The translations under genes were made by a program, and so were the position numbers. DNA of 46,976 nucleotides from Scyliorhinus canicula. Its lineage: Eukaryota. This document shows, piece after piece, positions 1 through 9,802 of this stretch; positions within the stretch are counted from its first letter, which is position 1; the number at the start of each line of letters is the position of its first letter. The DNA is taken from NCBI RefSeq assembly GCF_902713615.1, contig NW_024055665.1:248001-294976 (forward strand), read 5' to 3'. The notes beneath the pieces are model-generated. The model was not told where the DNA came from. It ran no database searches and was given only the letters and a program-made list of their open reading frames with translations.

Positions 1-99
1 CCTGAACACTGGCGCCATCCTGCGAAGTCAAATCTATGCTCCTGACCTCTATACTCTCAATCTCCCGTACCCCAAAATTACAATCCAGGTTTCCATTCC

Positions 100-180
100 C
101 CTGCTGATGTAGTTTAAACCCCCCCAAAGAGCACTAACAAATCTCCCCCCCAGGATATTGGTGCCCCTCAGGTTCATAAT
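100..180 (-). mobile_element. Short CR1-like LINE fragment (region upstream of ORF2)
   Basis: tagtttaaacccccc...aggatattggtgcccctcaggttca resembles the reverse strand of the ORF1/inter-ORF region of shark CR1-like LINEs (recognised from memory, no alignment run). Confidence 0.4.
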
Positions 181-959
181 ATGTTGAAAGATCTGAGATT
201 AATGTGAATATAGTTCACTTCTCTGCCTCATGTTTGGATTTATCTACTTTAAATCGGTTACTATTTCAATCAAATTAACATTCAGTGGAATAATGGCCTG
301 TTTAAAGATGTTTTATTAATTGAGGCATCAGAATTTTCAGAAATAATCTTTAATTTAAACGTATTTTGTATTTCAATTAAGAAACATCTGTTCTAATGGA
401 AGTTTCTATACATTTTATTATTCTGTCAATATGCTTAAAATAACCCGCGATTTTGAGTTGAAACTAATCAATACGTGAATGTGTTTATCTCGTTTTGCTA
501 ACATGAACATTTCATTGTGACCAGTGAGGTGTTTATGTAAATAAACACAGAAATAGAAGTCCCAGATTAGATTGTGGACTGACAAAAGCACAACATCTAT
601 ATCCCCACCGGCACAGCACAGAAATAGAGATAAAGATGTAAATAGATCAACCGATTCCAGTAGTGTTTGTTTTTGGACATTTGTCTCTTCATCAGTTATA
701 TGAGAAAAATGCCATGATGATATCCATGTTCAGAATGAGGAAAGATTCCCTCCAATCTCGAAATATAATGACATGCGAAATGTGTTCGCAGGGTTTTCCT
801 GTATCTGATATCTGTGTCTTTCTCCTAACTGGTTCTGTTTCATGTCTCTCCACGATGGGCCATTGTCTTTAATCGACAACATGAAGTCAACATGTGTCCA
901 ATATATTCTCTCAGCCCAATCTCACCCCATTGGTTTCCAACTAAATGTATCGAATCCAA

Positions 960-1297
960 TGAATTGGAATACATAGAGGGGGTTTTACTCTAAAATGTGG
1001 TTGGAGCATTCAATTACCTTGTAGTGTTTAATGGGAATGTAGAGAAAAATGTACTCTGTATCTAACATGAGCTGCACAGAGTGGTGAAGATTTGATGTGG
1101 CAGTGCCGAAGGATCTTTCCTATATCATCCGGGCTGACAGAGATAGATAGTTTCTTGATTAATAAGGGGATCAGGGGTTATGGCGAGAAGGCAGGAGATA
1201 GGCTATTAGAAACTTAACAGTTATGATTGAATGCGGAGCACACTCGATTGGCCGGATGGTCTAATTCTGCTCCTGTGTCATATGGTTTTATGGTATG
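960..1297 (+). mobile_element. CR1-like LINE 3' end fragments
   Basis: aaggggatcaggggttatggcgagaaggcagg...gattgaatgcggagcacactcgattggccggatggtctaattctgctcct followed by a (TTATGG)-type tail; same 3' end architecture as the CR1 copy at 12604-13426. Confidence 0.65.
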
Positions 1298-1465
1298 AAG
1301 CCCATCTCTGGACTATCTTACGATATATAGGTACCTGGTTGCCTTCGCAGATATGGTGGGTGAAGGGCATCTTTCTGTATTGTAAACCTCTAACTCTCCA
1401 TGACTCTATGACAAGGTCTAAAATGATTATCACTCATACAGGGTGGCGATTAACCTAAACTAATC

Positions 1466-1722
1466 TAATAATTTTTTTTGTCACAAGGTCGCTGACATAA
1501 GCACTGCAATGAAGTCACTGTGAAAAGCTCCTAGTCGCCACATTTAGACGCCTGTTGGGCTACACAGAGGGAGAATTCAGACTGTCCAAATTACCTAACA
1601 GCACATCTTTCGGGACTTGTGGGAGGAAACCGGAGCACCTGATGGAAACCCAATCAGACACGGTGAGAACGTACAGACTCCGCACAGACTGGGACTCTGG
1701 CGCTGTGAAGCAACAGTGCTAC
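1466..1722 (-). mobile_element. tRNA-derived SINE (HE1-related shark family)
   Basis: Shares the core gggacttgtgggaggaaaccggagcacc and tail ttgtcacaag...cactgcaatgaag..actgtgaaaa with copies at 15443, 35092 and 39524. Confidence 0.8.
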
Positions 1723-1737
1723 TGAGCTTGGATCTAG

Positions 1738-1930
1738 TGCAGTGATTACTGATGCAGGGTCTAGACTAACATAAACCGAGACAGGCTCTCGTGGAGGAAT
1801 TACTGATACAAAGGTTGATTACCCCTAAATGATATAGGATATAGAGCAGTGATTATTGATTCAGGGTCTGGAATATTCTAAACTGTGGTAGGGTCTATTG
1901 CAGTCATTCCTGCTGCAGGGTCTGGATGTG
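1738..1930. repeat. Short degenerate tandem repeat (gcagtgattactgatgcagggtct-like, about 4 copies)
   Basis: Variants of gcagtgattactgatgcagggtct recur near 1739, 1797, 1846 and 1900. Confidence 0.6.
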
Positions 1931-2389
1931 TGTAAAGAGTTATTAGGTCAGATTATTAAAAACTTGGTCGATGAGGCACGTTATATGGGGTGATTTTAAT
2001 AAGGGAATTGAGGTAAAGAGGAGTACGGAATGCATGCCGGAGATTAGGGCCGAGATGCATGAAGACATCGCAAAGCGAAACAATTAATTCTGAAGATAAC
2101 ATTGCGCCTTGATCGATTACAGTTGCAAAACTCAAGAACAATATTTTATCTGCACACCTACATGAACGGCTAATCCCTTTTTTGCAGAGAATTCACTTGC
2201 ACTTCTGAGCCGATAGAGGTTCTATGATTGGGTGGATATTTAACCTGTGGGTGCTAATCTGGTGATTCTGTGAGAGCACTGATACTGTCTGACACTAGCC
2301 AGTGTAATCAAGACGATTGGTGAATATAAAACTAGGCAGGGAAAATATACCTCACCATGAAAACAACTTTCCAATGGATAGAGGTGTCA

Positions 2390-3900
2390 CACAAGAGTAA
2401 ATTCCATCATTTTGAACAAAATAGAGTTTTCCATTACTTTTGGAAGTTGCAGTGCACCTGTGTTCACATGTAGAAACCTGTCCCTCAAGCCCAGTTCACA
2501 CTGGGACGTTGGTAAAATATTAAACTCAATATTACCACACATGATAGCAGAGCAAATACAAATTTCCTAGGTTTAGGACATTATGTCACACTTGGAAGAA
2601 TCCTTGAAGTGGAATATCTGCCTTCCCACTGGGTGCGTGGCTCCAGCTACTTCGCAAAGGAGGAAATTCCTGTGGTCGTGTGACCATGGCCGACTTAGAG
2701 ACCACACGGGAGAATGTGCAAGCCACCTCTTTTTAATTATCTTGGAGAGACTTGAATGCTCTGTCTTTGAGAGAACGGCCGGCGTTTCTGATTTTGTCCG
2801 GCCAGTAATATCCATAAAAGCATTGCGGACAACAAAGATGACATTGGCTGAGCTATTTTTCCTTCACAGCTGTAAGTGTTCCTTGTTTCACAGCCATACA
2901 GCAAGGTTCGGCGTTCAGGCCTTATAAACCATCTGCTTGTTCCAAAGGGTCAGCTTGATGTTATTCAATGGACATTAATGAGTGAAGTAAGGTCGCATCT
3001 GCTTTCCCCATGACAGCATCACATTCTACATCCAGGCAGTCATTCACCATGGAAACCAGGGAGCAGAATCTGCTCACTTGCTCTTATTTAGTGTGACTGT
3101 GGCGAGAGTGCGACACCTTGTCCCATGGCCACGGTTTTCCTCATGCGTGTGGGAAGGAAGCAAGTTACAGGCACTGGGGAGAGAGTCCATGAATCTCTGT
3201 AGATTGATGTTTTTTTTGGATGACCGAATTTTCAGCGTAGAGAAATTATTGATAAGGATATATTGTGATTATATCTCCGTTTTCATGACTGAAAGTTGTA
3301 GAGGTTGCAGCCTGCATAGTGTGCAAGGGGGAGATCATCCTATATTCAGGGAAAGCGAAAGATCAGCAGCATGGAGAGGAAGCTGCAGAATAGAGTTGGG
3401 TGTGGGACATGGTCCTCTTTCACCCAATTATTCACTTAGAATCTGGATTAAGTGGAATCATCAAACTGTACAATGCTGTGCATTTTGCCATGGAAGAAGT
3501 GATTGAGACAGGGGAGCTTTAGGAGACAGCCACTTTCCCAAATCTTATATTCCCTACTTCCGCTGACAGTGTCTAATGTTTATTGAGATTGACGAAAGTA
3601 AGGTGACTAGGTAGACATGTGGCAGAGGGAGACAGATCATGTCCAGAGTAATCTAGCACGCAACACATTGCTCTCAGCTACATTCAGCCTGCAGCCATGA
3701 AGTGTTTAAAGTGTGACCAGTGGAAAGCCTTCCAGTGCTGCTGTGAATGATATATGTCGATAGTTGCTGCAATCTCCATCTGTCCACTTTGTTTTCCGTA
3801 TTGGTTATGATTTTGCATCATGATCTCCTCTGGATGTCTTATATCTTCCAGCAGAGAAGCGTAGAGGTCATAAATGTTCAGAAGCATAGCAATTATGTTT
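2390..3900 (-). mobile_element. Degenerate RTE-clade LINE, reverse transcriptase region
   Basis: Manual minus-strand translation across frameshifts gives RTE motifs in the correct order: DCSNYRHIS (DCNNYRGIS), TFVNLNK-LDTVS (AFIDLTKAFDTVS), FHGKMHSIVQFD, VKEDHVPHPTLF (VKQGCVLAPTLF), LLYGCET at 2884-2904, YWPDKIRN. Confidence 0.75.
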
Positions 3901-4034
3901 CACCAATTTTCATTTATTTATGAATATAAGTAGTAGATTGACAAATTCCCATCGGTCCACAAAGTACAGGTTATAATTAATTATACGGTGGGGCCGTCGA
4001 GGGCTAAGCAATGACTTTGTCCATCGCTAATTGC

Positions 4035-4810
4035 CTTTCACAAAGAGGAGGTGAACTGCCTGTTTGAATCTCTACAGTCACTCTGGTGTAGGTACACCGA
4101 CGCTGCTGTTAGGGAGGCAGCTGTAGGTTTTTGAACCAGCGACAGCGAAGATTCGGTGATATATTTCCAAGTCAGGATAGTGAGTAATTTGGAGGTAGAC
4201 CTCTTCACCATACTTTTATCAATCTCAATAAACATTCGACATCGGTCAGCAGGGAAGGGACTAGAAGATTGGAGGGGAATTTCCAAGTGGTGATCTTCCC
4301 ATTTGTTCAGCTATATTTTCCTTCTGGGAGGTAATGGTCCTGGGTTTAGAACGTGTTCCAAAGAAGATTTGCTGCGTTCCTGCAGTGCATTTTGTGGGGT
4401 GGTACATTATTGTCATTGGTCGTCGGTGGTGGGATGGAATGAGTGGCAAGAGGGTGGCAGTCAGAGCGGGGCTGCTTTGGCCTGGATGGTGTCGAGCTTT
4501 TGAATTTTGTTGGAGCTGCACGCAGCCAGGCCACTGGAGAGTATTCAATTGCATTCCTGACTTGTGCCTTGTAGATTGGGAACAGGCTTTGGGAGTCAGG
4601 AAGTGAGTTGCTCGCCGCAGGCTTCCTGGACGCTGACCGTATCTTGTAGCCTCAGCATTTATATGGTTAGTCTAGTACAGTTTCTGGTCGGTGGTAACCC
4701 CAGTGTATTGATCGTGGGGGATTCAGCGATGGCAATATCACTGAATGTCAAGGAGCGATGGTTAGATTCTACTTTCCTGGAGATGGTCATTGTTCAGCAA
4801 TTCCGTGGCG
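4035..4810 (-). mobile_element. Degenerate CR1-like LINE fragment, same family as 15830-16695
   Basis: ggggattcagcgatggcaatatcactgaatgtcaaggagcgatggttaga is the reverse complement of the block ccactgccccttgacattcaatggcattaccatcattgaatcccc near 16180-16225. Confidence 0.65.
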
Positions 4811-4944
4811 AATATTACCAATTGTCACAATTCACAAAGTTAAATAATATTAATCAATTATCATCAACTCACTACATAAAAAAGTTATATTCACCAATTA
4901 TGATCCGCATTTTCTTTTACAAAATGTAAATGCAATTCATTTAA

Positions 4945-5055
4945 GAGAGGTGGATTTGAGACCAGGAAGAGATCAGCCATGATGATTGAATGACGGAGTG
5001 GGCTCGAAGATCTGAATTGCCTTCTTCCGCTCCTCTTTCCTATATTCGTATGTTT
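4945..5055 (+). mobile_element. CR1-like 3' terminal fragment
   Basis: agatcagccatgatgattgaatgacggagtgggctcgaag...gctcct hairpin and tatg tail, matching the other CR1 3' ends in the window. Confidence 0.55.
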
Positions 5056-5145
5056 AACATAATTTATTCAGAGTAAACTTAATTGAGATAGCATTGACCA
5101 TTCTGTCACCAAGAAGTCACATCTGCATCAGAATTCAATGTGAAA

Positions 5146-5361
5146 GGGCAGCACGGTGGCCTAGTGGTTAGCACAACCGCCTCACGGTGCTGAGGTCTCA
5201 GGTTCGATCCCGGCTCTGGGTCACTGTCTCTTTCACATTCTCACCGTGTCTGCGTGGGTTTCGCCCCCACAACCCAAAAATGTGCAAAGTAGGTGGATTG
5301 GCCATGCTAAATTGCCCCTTAATTGGAAAAAATAATTGGGTAATCTAAATTTATAAAAAAA
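5146..5361 (+). mobile_element. Short tRNA-derived SINE with perfect 16-bp TSD
   Basis: A box (tggcctagtgg), B box (ggttcgatccc), A-rich tail; flanked by AGAATTCAATGTGAAA at 5130-5145 and 5362-5377. Confidence 0.92.
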
Positions 5362-6124
5362 AGAATTCAATGTGAAATGGAATTAAACCACACCAAGGAT
5401 TATGTGCAGCTACCCAGCAGCCTCTGCTGCATTGGTCAGTAATCACCTCAGAATCTCCAGACTGGAGTGTGAGATGATTTTTAAAGTGATGGTGGAAATG
5501 AAAATGTCTGTATCTAATGTCTGTATTAATGACGTTAATGCACCTTTAAATCCCGATTTATTATTACACTGTTTTGTAAAGTAATTCAATGTCTGCAGCT
5601 GTCCACTGAATTTCACCGTATTTCTATTTTCACTTTAATATGTTTTTAGTCTGGTGTCTTCATTAATTTGGGTGAGGACATCTGGATTGACATGCAATGA
5701 CCTCATGCTCCAAATATTACAACTGTCCCTCCTCAACGTAATCATGTTCCCGCTTTCTGTCTTTGAGATAAAGATTCACCATCAACAGAGAAGAATCGCC
5801 AGAACCGCAGGAATATCTCCAGTTTCCTCTTAGTGACGTCCAGCTCGTCAGTTCCCGATAGTCTGGGGATGGAATTCACCCAGAAAATCTTCAGCCGCCG
5901 ATTGTGCCATTCTGACGCAAACTATAGAGGACCTGCTTTAATTTGTGAAGTTATCAAGCGCAATACTGAGAATGTAGAACAACATCTTTCAGACCATCTA
6001 TCCATCCATCAACGCCATTCACTGATTCCTCAATCAAAATATTCAGGCATCCAACCAACATCCATCCCGATATCAAAGCAGTAATCCCTTTATCTTTGGG
6101 TGGGTGGGCGGGGGAGTATTCATG

Positions 6125-6455
6125 CCATTGAACCAATAATCCAAGGCCCGGGCTAATTCTGTGGAACTCTGGAACAAATCCCACCATGGCCGGTGGGGGA
6201 ATTTGAGTTAATTAATAAATCTGGAATACAGACTAACTGTGGCCATGAAATCCTCTCTGCTTCACCAATGAAGGAAATCTGACATCCCTCCCTGGTCTCA
6301 CACACATGTGGCTTCAGTCAGACAGCAACATGTCTGACTCTTCAGTTCCTTCTGAGCTGGCCCAGCAAACCACTCAGTTCAACAGCAATTAGGGACAGGG
6401 AACACGTGGCGATCTTGCCAGTGAGTCCCGCGTTCCATGGAAGCATATAGGAAAA
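6125..6455 (+). mobile_element. DeuSINE/SacSINE1-like SINE (degenerate)
   Basis: aaatcccaccatggc...gaaggaaatctg...ccactcagttcaacagcaattagggacaggg matches the Deu-domain SINE as recalled; its 3' end is shared with the LINE end at 16600-16695. Confidence 0.65.
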
Positions 6456-7999
6456 AAGGCAAGAATATACATGTTGATTTGTTACAAATGGGCCCCTGTC
6501 TGATAGTCCAATTGTATTTCTATCCATCATCACAATGTTATGAGATGTGGGAGAGATCCGTCAGCCGGCTATGTTGCGAAGAGTGGCAAGAGAAGCTGGA
6601 TAACTCTCCATAGAGGTGGGAACAATTCAAATAGGTTCACAATTTAAAACGTAAAATGATCTTCCAGTACTGTTGCTGGGTAGAATTTGTTTATAAATGG
6701 TCCTCATTGACAATGTTAAGAGTTTGAAATTGGCCTGCAGCCAAGCGGTCAGTACTGAGCAAACAGATCTTTGAAAAAAAATCCAGATGCTTCCTGTAAA
6801 CAACATTGAACATTCGAGCCTCCCTGACTGCAGGCTGCTGGATTGCTGCCAAATACTGTGTGGGGCAGATTAACCTGAATATGAATGGATTAAATGGGAT
6901 TTATCCATTCAAACAATAAATTTTTCAGTCGCACATGAAGTAAAAGTTTTAGATGGTATTTCATCTAAATAAATATATTAACTGAATTCTCTGTTCACTC
7001 TGAGGTTATTTAATTTATCTTCGTTCCGAGTAAAGGTCACTAGTTTTTAAAGTCCGTTTTTTTAAACCTAATCAAGTGAGAGTGAGGGGTGTTGATGGAT
7101 CCAATCCACAAGCCCAATAAGATCAGTAGAAATGCAAAAAAAAAAGTTAAATTAAAAGAAAGTCTTAAAACTGCCTTCAACCCGCCGGAATTCCTGGAAT
7201 ATTCTCCGAGTTGTTGATTTCATTTAAACGGAGGCGTCTCTTATACCCGATTAACACCGTGTTCTGTACAGTTTAATTTGTGCTGATTTCCATTATTTAA
7301 CAGTCCCTCTTATTGCTGCCATTGAGTGGAGAAATGACCAGTTTATGACCTGCTTCAGTGGAAGATAAAACATTTATTCCTGTGATATTGTGTAATATGC
7401 CGCAAAGTCCTGACATCCTGTGTTCCCAACACCAGTGAATGTTAGACAGCCGGTGGTCAGTACAATTAGCTGCAATGGTTTGGATGCTGAAGAATAACTT
7501 TGCTGATCGCCGCGTCCGTTCTGATTCATGAACTTCTCTGTCAAAAGCTGGTGTGCATTTTATGTTTCTCTGTCAACTCACTCCTGAATTATCAGGCAAG
7601 CGGCTTCTTTTACCGCGAATGTTCACAGGACTGTCTGAGGCTCAGGAACAGTTCGAGAAATACCAGGAGAGACATTGTGTAATGTGAGAGTTCCTTCTTG
7701 TCTCCAGGCCCACATTGTGCAGTGATGGCCAACCGCACTGCAAATGGAATCACGTTGTTCATTCCCGCATTTAGTTACATAAATCGTTAACAATTCCTCT
7801 GATGAATGATACTTGTTTGCAAACGGGATTGAGACTCTTATTGTTGTAAATTAGACTGAATTTACAATGGAATAGTTTTTTTATCACCAAGTTCGCCATT
7901 AGAACCATTGGGGACGTTATAAAGAATCAATTCAGACAAATAAATATCCCGCTACAGATAAATGTCCACTTTTAATAATAACCTATAATAAATCTCTGT

Positions 8000-8204
8000 G
8001 TCCATTCTGTTGGCGGGGAGGGGAGGGGGGTGCGGGTGGAAGGTGGGACGTGGATCCAGTCGCCGCCTGCACCAGGGAATCAACAGGCGGCGCCTGGAAA
8101 GCCGCCCCCTTCTGCCGGGTATTAAATGCCGCTCACTGGACCCGAATCCAACAGTCCGGGAGCTGGTTTGTTCACTGAGTTCCTGACACAACCATTTCCC
8201 CCAA
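8000..8204 (+). promoter_or_regulatory. Putative VH promoter: GC boxes plus TATA-like TATTAAAT at 8120-8127
   Basis: GGCGGG and CCGCCC boxes and a TATA-like element about 90 bp upstream of the leader ATG. No perfect ATGCAAAT octamer seen nearby (only CTGCAAAT at 7738-7745). Confidence 0.5.
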
Positions 8205-8216
8205 ATGACCAGAAGG

Positions 8217-8262
8217 ATGAGGTGGGCCATTTCTCTCAGTTTGTTGCTGACTTTCTTATCCC
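8217..8262 (+). CDS. IGHV: IgH leader exon (MRWAISLSLLLTFLS; alternative in-frame ATG at 8205)
   Basis: Hydrophobic signal peptide, phase-1 donor C|GTGAGT at 8263, 128-bp intron ending TTTTACAG at 8390; splicing restores the frame R-V-Q-S-D-V-V-L. Confidence 0.92.
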
Positions 8263-8390
8263 GTGAGTAGTTTTTATTGTCCAAGTCTCTCACTGTTACT
8301 GTCTCAGTGTTAGTCTCTCTCTGGAATGTTCCAGAGTCACCAATCATTTCACCAGCATTAATCCTCGGGCTTTTTGATATATTTTTACAG

Positions 8391-8695
8391 GTGTCCAGTC
8401 GGATGTTGTGTTGACTCAGCCAGAGGCAGAGACCGGGCGTCCCGGAGGCTCCCTGACACTGACCTGTAAAACCAGCGGCTTCAATCTTGGCAGCTACGAC
8501 ATGTACTGGGTCCGCCAGGTTCCCGGACAGGGGCTGGAGTGGCTGCTTTACCACTATAGTTCATCTAACAACAACTACGCCCCAGCAATTAAAGATCGAT
8601 TCACTGCGTCCAAAGACACTTCAAACAACATCTTCTCTTTGGCCATGACGAACCTGAAGACCGAAGACACCGCCATCTATTACTGTGCAAGAGGC
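8391..8695 (+). CDS. IGHV: Immunoglobulin heavy-chain V segment (shark IgM VH), unrearranged, open frame
   Basis: [22 protein letters not shown]...[12 protein letters not shown]...RFTASKD...[10 protein letters not shown]: both canonical Cys, the FR2 Trp and the YYC motif are intact. Confidence 0.98.
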
Positions 8696-8734
8696 CACAG
8701 TGAGAGGAACCAGGGCTGGACCCGCACAAGAACA
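8696..8734 (+). other. V 3' recombination signal sequence (23-RSS)
   Basis: CACAGTG (8696-8702), 23-bp spacer, ACAAGAACA (8726-8734). Confidence 0.95.
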
Positions 8735-8902
8735 GCTCGAGAGGGAATTCAGCAACTTGCACCTTAACCTGAAGGTCAGCACTTGATCCAAATCTAATAT
8801 TAATGTCAGGGGTCAGAACCCGACCACGAACCGCGTCTGACACAACTGAGACAGACAAATGTTCACAGTAAAACCTAACAAACCTACCGATATCATTTTG
8901 AC

Positions 8903-9101
8903 GAAAGGGAAAATGCTGGAAAATCTCAACAAGTCTGGGAGCATCTGTAGGGAGAGAAAGGAGCTAACTTGACTCTTTGTCAAAGCGTCACCGGACTCGA
9001 AACGTTAGCTCTTTTCTCTCCCTACAGATGCTGCCAGACTTGCTGAGATTTTCCAGCATTTTCCCTTTCGTTTCAGATTCCAGCATCCGCAGTAATTTGC
9101 T
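8903..9101. mobile_element. Palindromic insertion, probably Penelope-like retroelement derived, with 14-bp TSD
   Basis: Inverted arms 8902-8968 and 9004-9070 (67 bp, 3 mismatches); direct repeat GATATCATTTTGAC at 8889-8902 and 9102-9115. The Penelope assignment rests on recalled similarity of gactcgaaacgttagctc...cagatgctgccagacttgctgag. Confidence 0.8.
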
Positions 9102-9309
9102 GATATCATTTTGACTGTGTTTATATGTAATGTCTCAGTTTCACCAATTACTGACCTGAATATGATCCTTGTTTTAATATGTCTATAATTTGGGGCAGAG
9201 CTTTGTACATTGTGTTTTGTAAACGTTTGAATAAATAGTAAATTAGATCAGAAGTAAACGTGTATTTGAAGTGAATATTGAGCGGCAGGACTGAACAGAG
9301 AGTGAGTGC

Positions 9310-9337
9310 AGTTTTTGTGCGGGTGTCTGTCACTGTG
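9310..9337 (-). other. D 5' RSS (12-bp spacer)
   Basis: AGTTTTTGT (9310-9318), 12-bp spacer, CACTGTG (9331-9337). Confidence 0.95.
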
Positions 9338-9360
9338 ACTACAGCAGGGGATATACCTGG
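9338..9360 (+). CDS. IGHD: IgH diversity (D) segment, 23 nt ACTACAGCAGGGGATATACCTGG
   Basis: Bounded by two 12-RSS; all three forward frames are open (TTAGDIP, LQQGIYL, YSRGYTW). IGHD here is the diversity-segment symbol, not IgD. Confidence 0.93.
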
Positions 9361-9388
9361 CACAGCAGTTACTGTCAGTACAAAAAGC
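9361..9388 (+). other. D 3' RSS (12-bp spacer, non-consensus heptamer)
   Basis: CACAGCA (9361-9367), 12-bp spacer, ACAAAAAGC (9380-9388). Confidence 0.9.
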
Positions 9389-9716
9389 CCCTCAGCACTA
9401 ATTAACTGAGGCTAGCTTAGTGCTCGCTTTTACAATCCAACTTTATTCACAGTGTAGCATTATTTATGTCCAGCACTGACAAAATGACAATAATTAACAT
9501 GGGAAATCTGTGGCAATTATTCACTCATTAGTTAGTGATTTCAATAACATGTTCATGTGTTACTCTGCAATATAAAACATTAGCGTCATTTCTGAACAAC
9601 AAGCGACATCCACAAATGCAATTATAATTTAATGAAAATTCATTACAAGTTTACTTTGCCACTGGTTTGTGAAAATTTAAAATAATGGTGGATTTCTGTC
9701 TATTTTGTGTAGGTGC

Positions 9717-9754
9717 GGTTATTGTACGGAGCTGCCCAGGGATGTGACATTGTG
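9717..9754 (-). other. J 5' RSS (22-bp spacer)
   Basis: GGTTATTGT (9717-9725), 22-bp spacer, CATTGTG (9748-9754; CACAATG on the bottom strand). Confidence 0.9.
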
Positions 9755-9802
9755 CCGCCATGGACGACTGGGGACAAGGCACCATAGTGACGGTGACTGC
9801 AG
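9755..9802 (+). CDS. IGHJ: IgH joining (J) segment AMDDWGQGTIVTVTA
   Basis: WGxG motif with TGG at 9769; phase-1 donor G|GTAAG at 9803. Confidence 0.96.

Noticed and set aside
529-548. Hairpin GTGTTTAT-gtaa-ATAAACAC (forkhead-like sites)
   Set aside because: 8-bp arms in AT-rich DNA are compatible with chance; 7.7 kb from the VH start.
7952-8554. 200-aa minus-strand ORF over the VH promoter, leader and V
   Set aside because: Antisense shadow of GC-rich promoter and V coding sequence; no recognisable protein.
8864-8900. CACAGTA as a possible remnant D1 3' heptamer
   Set aside because: No nonamer at 12 or 22/23 bp, with or without the insertion, and no upstream CACTGTG.
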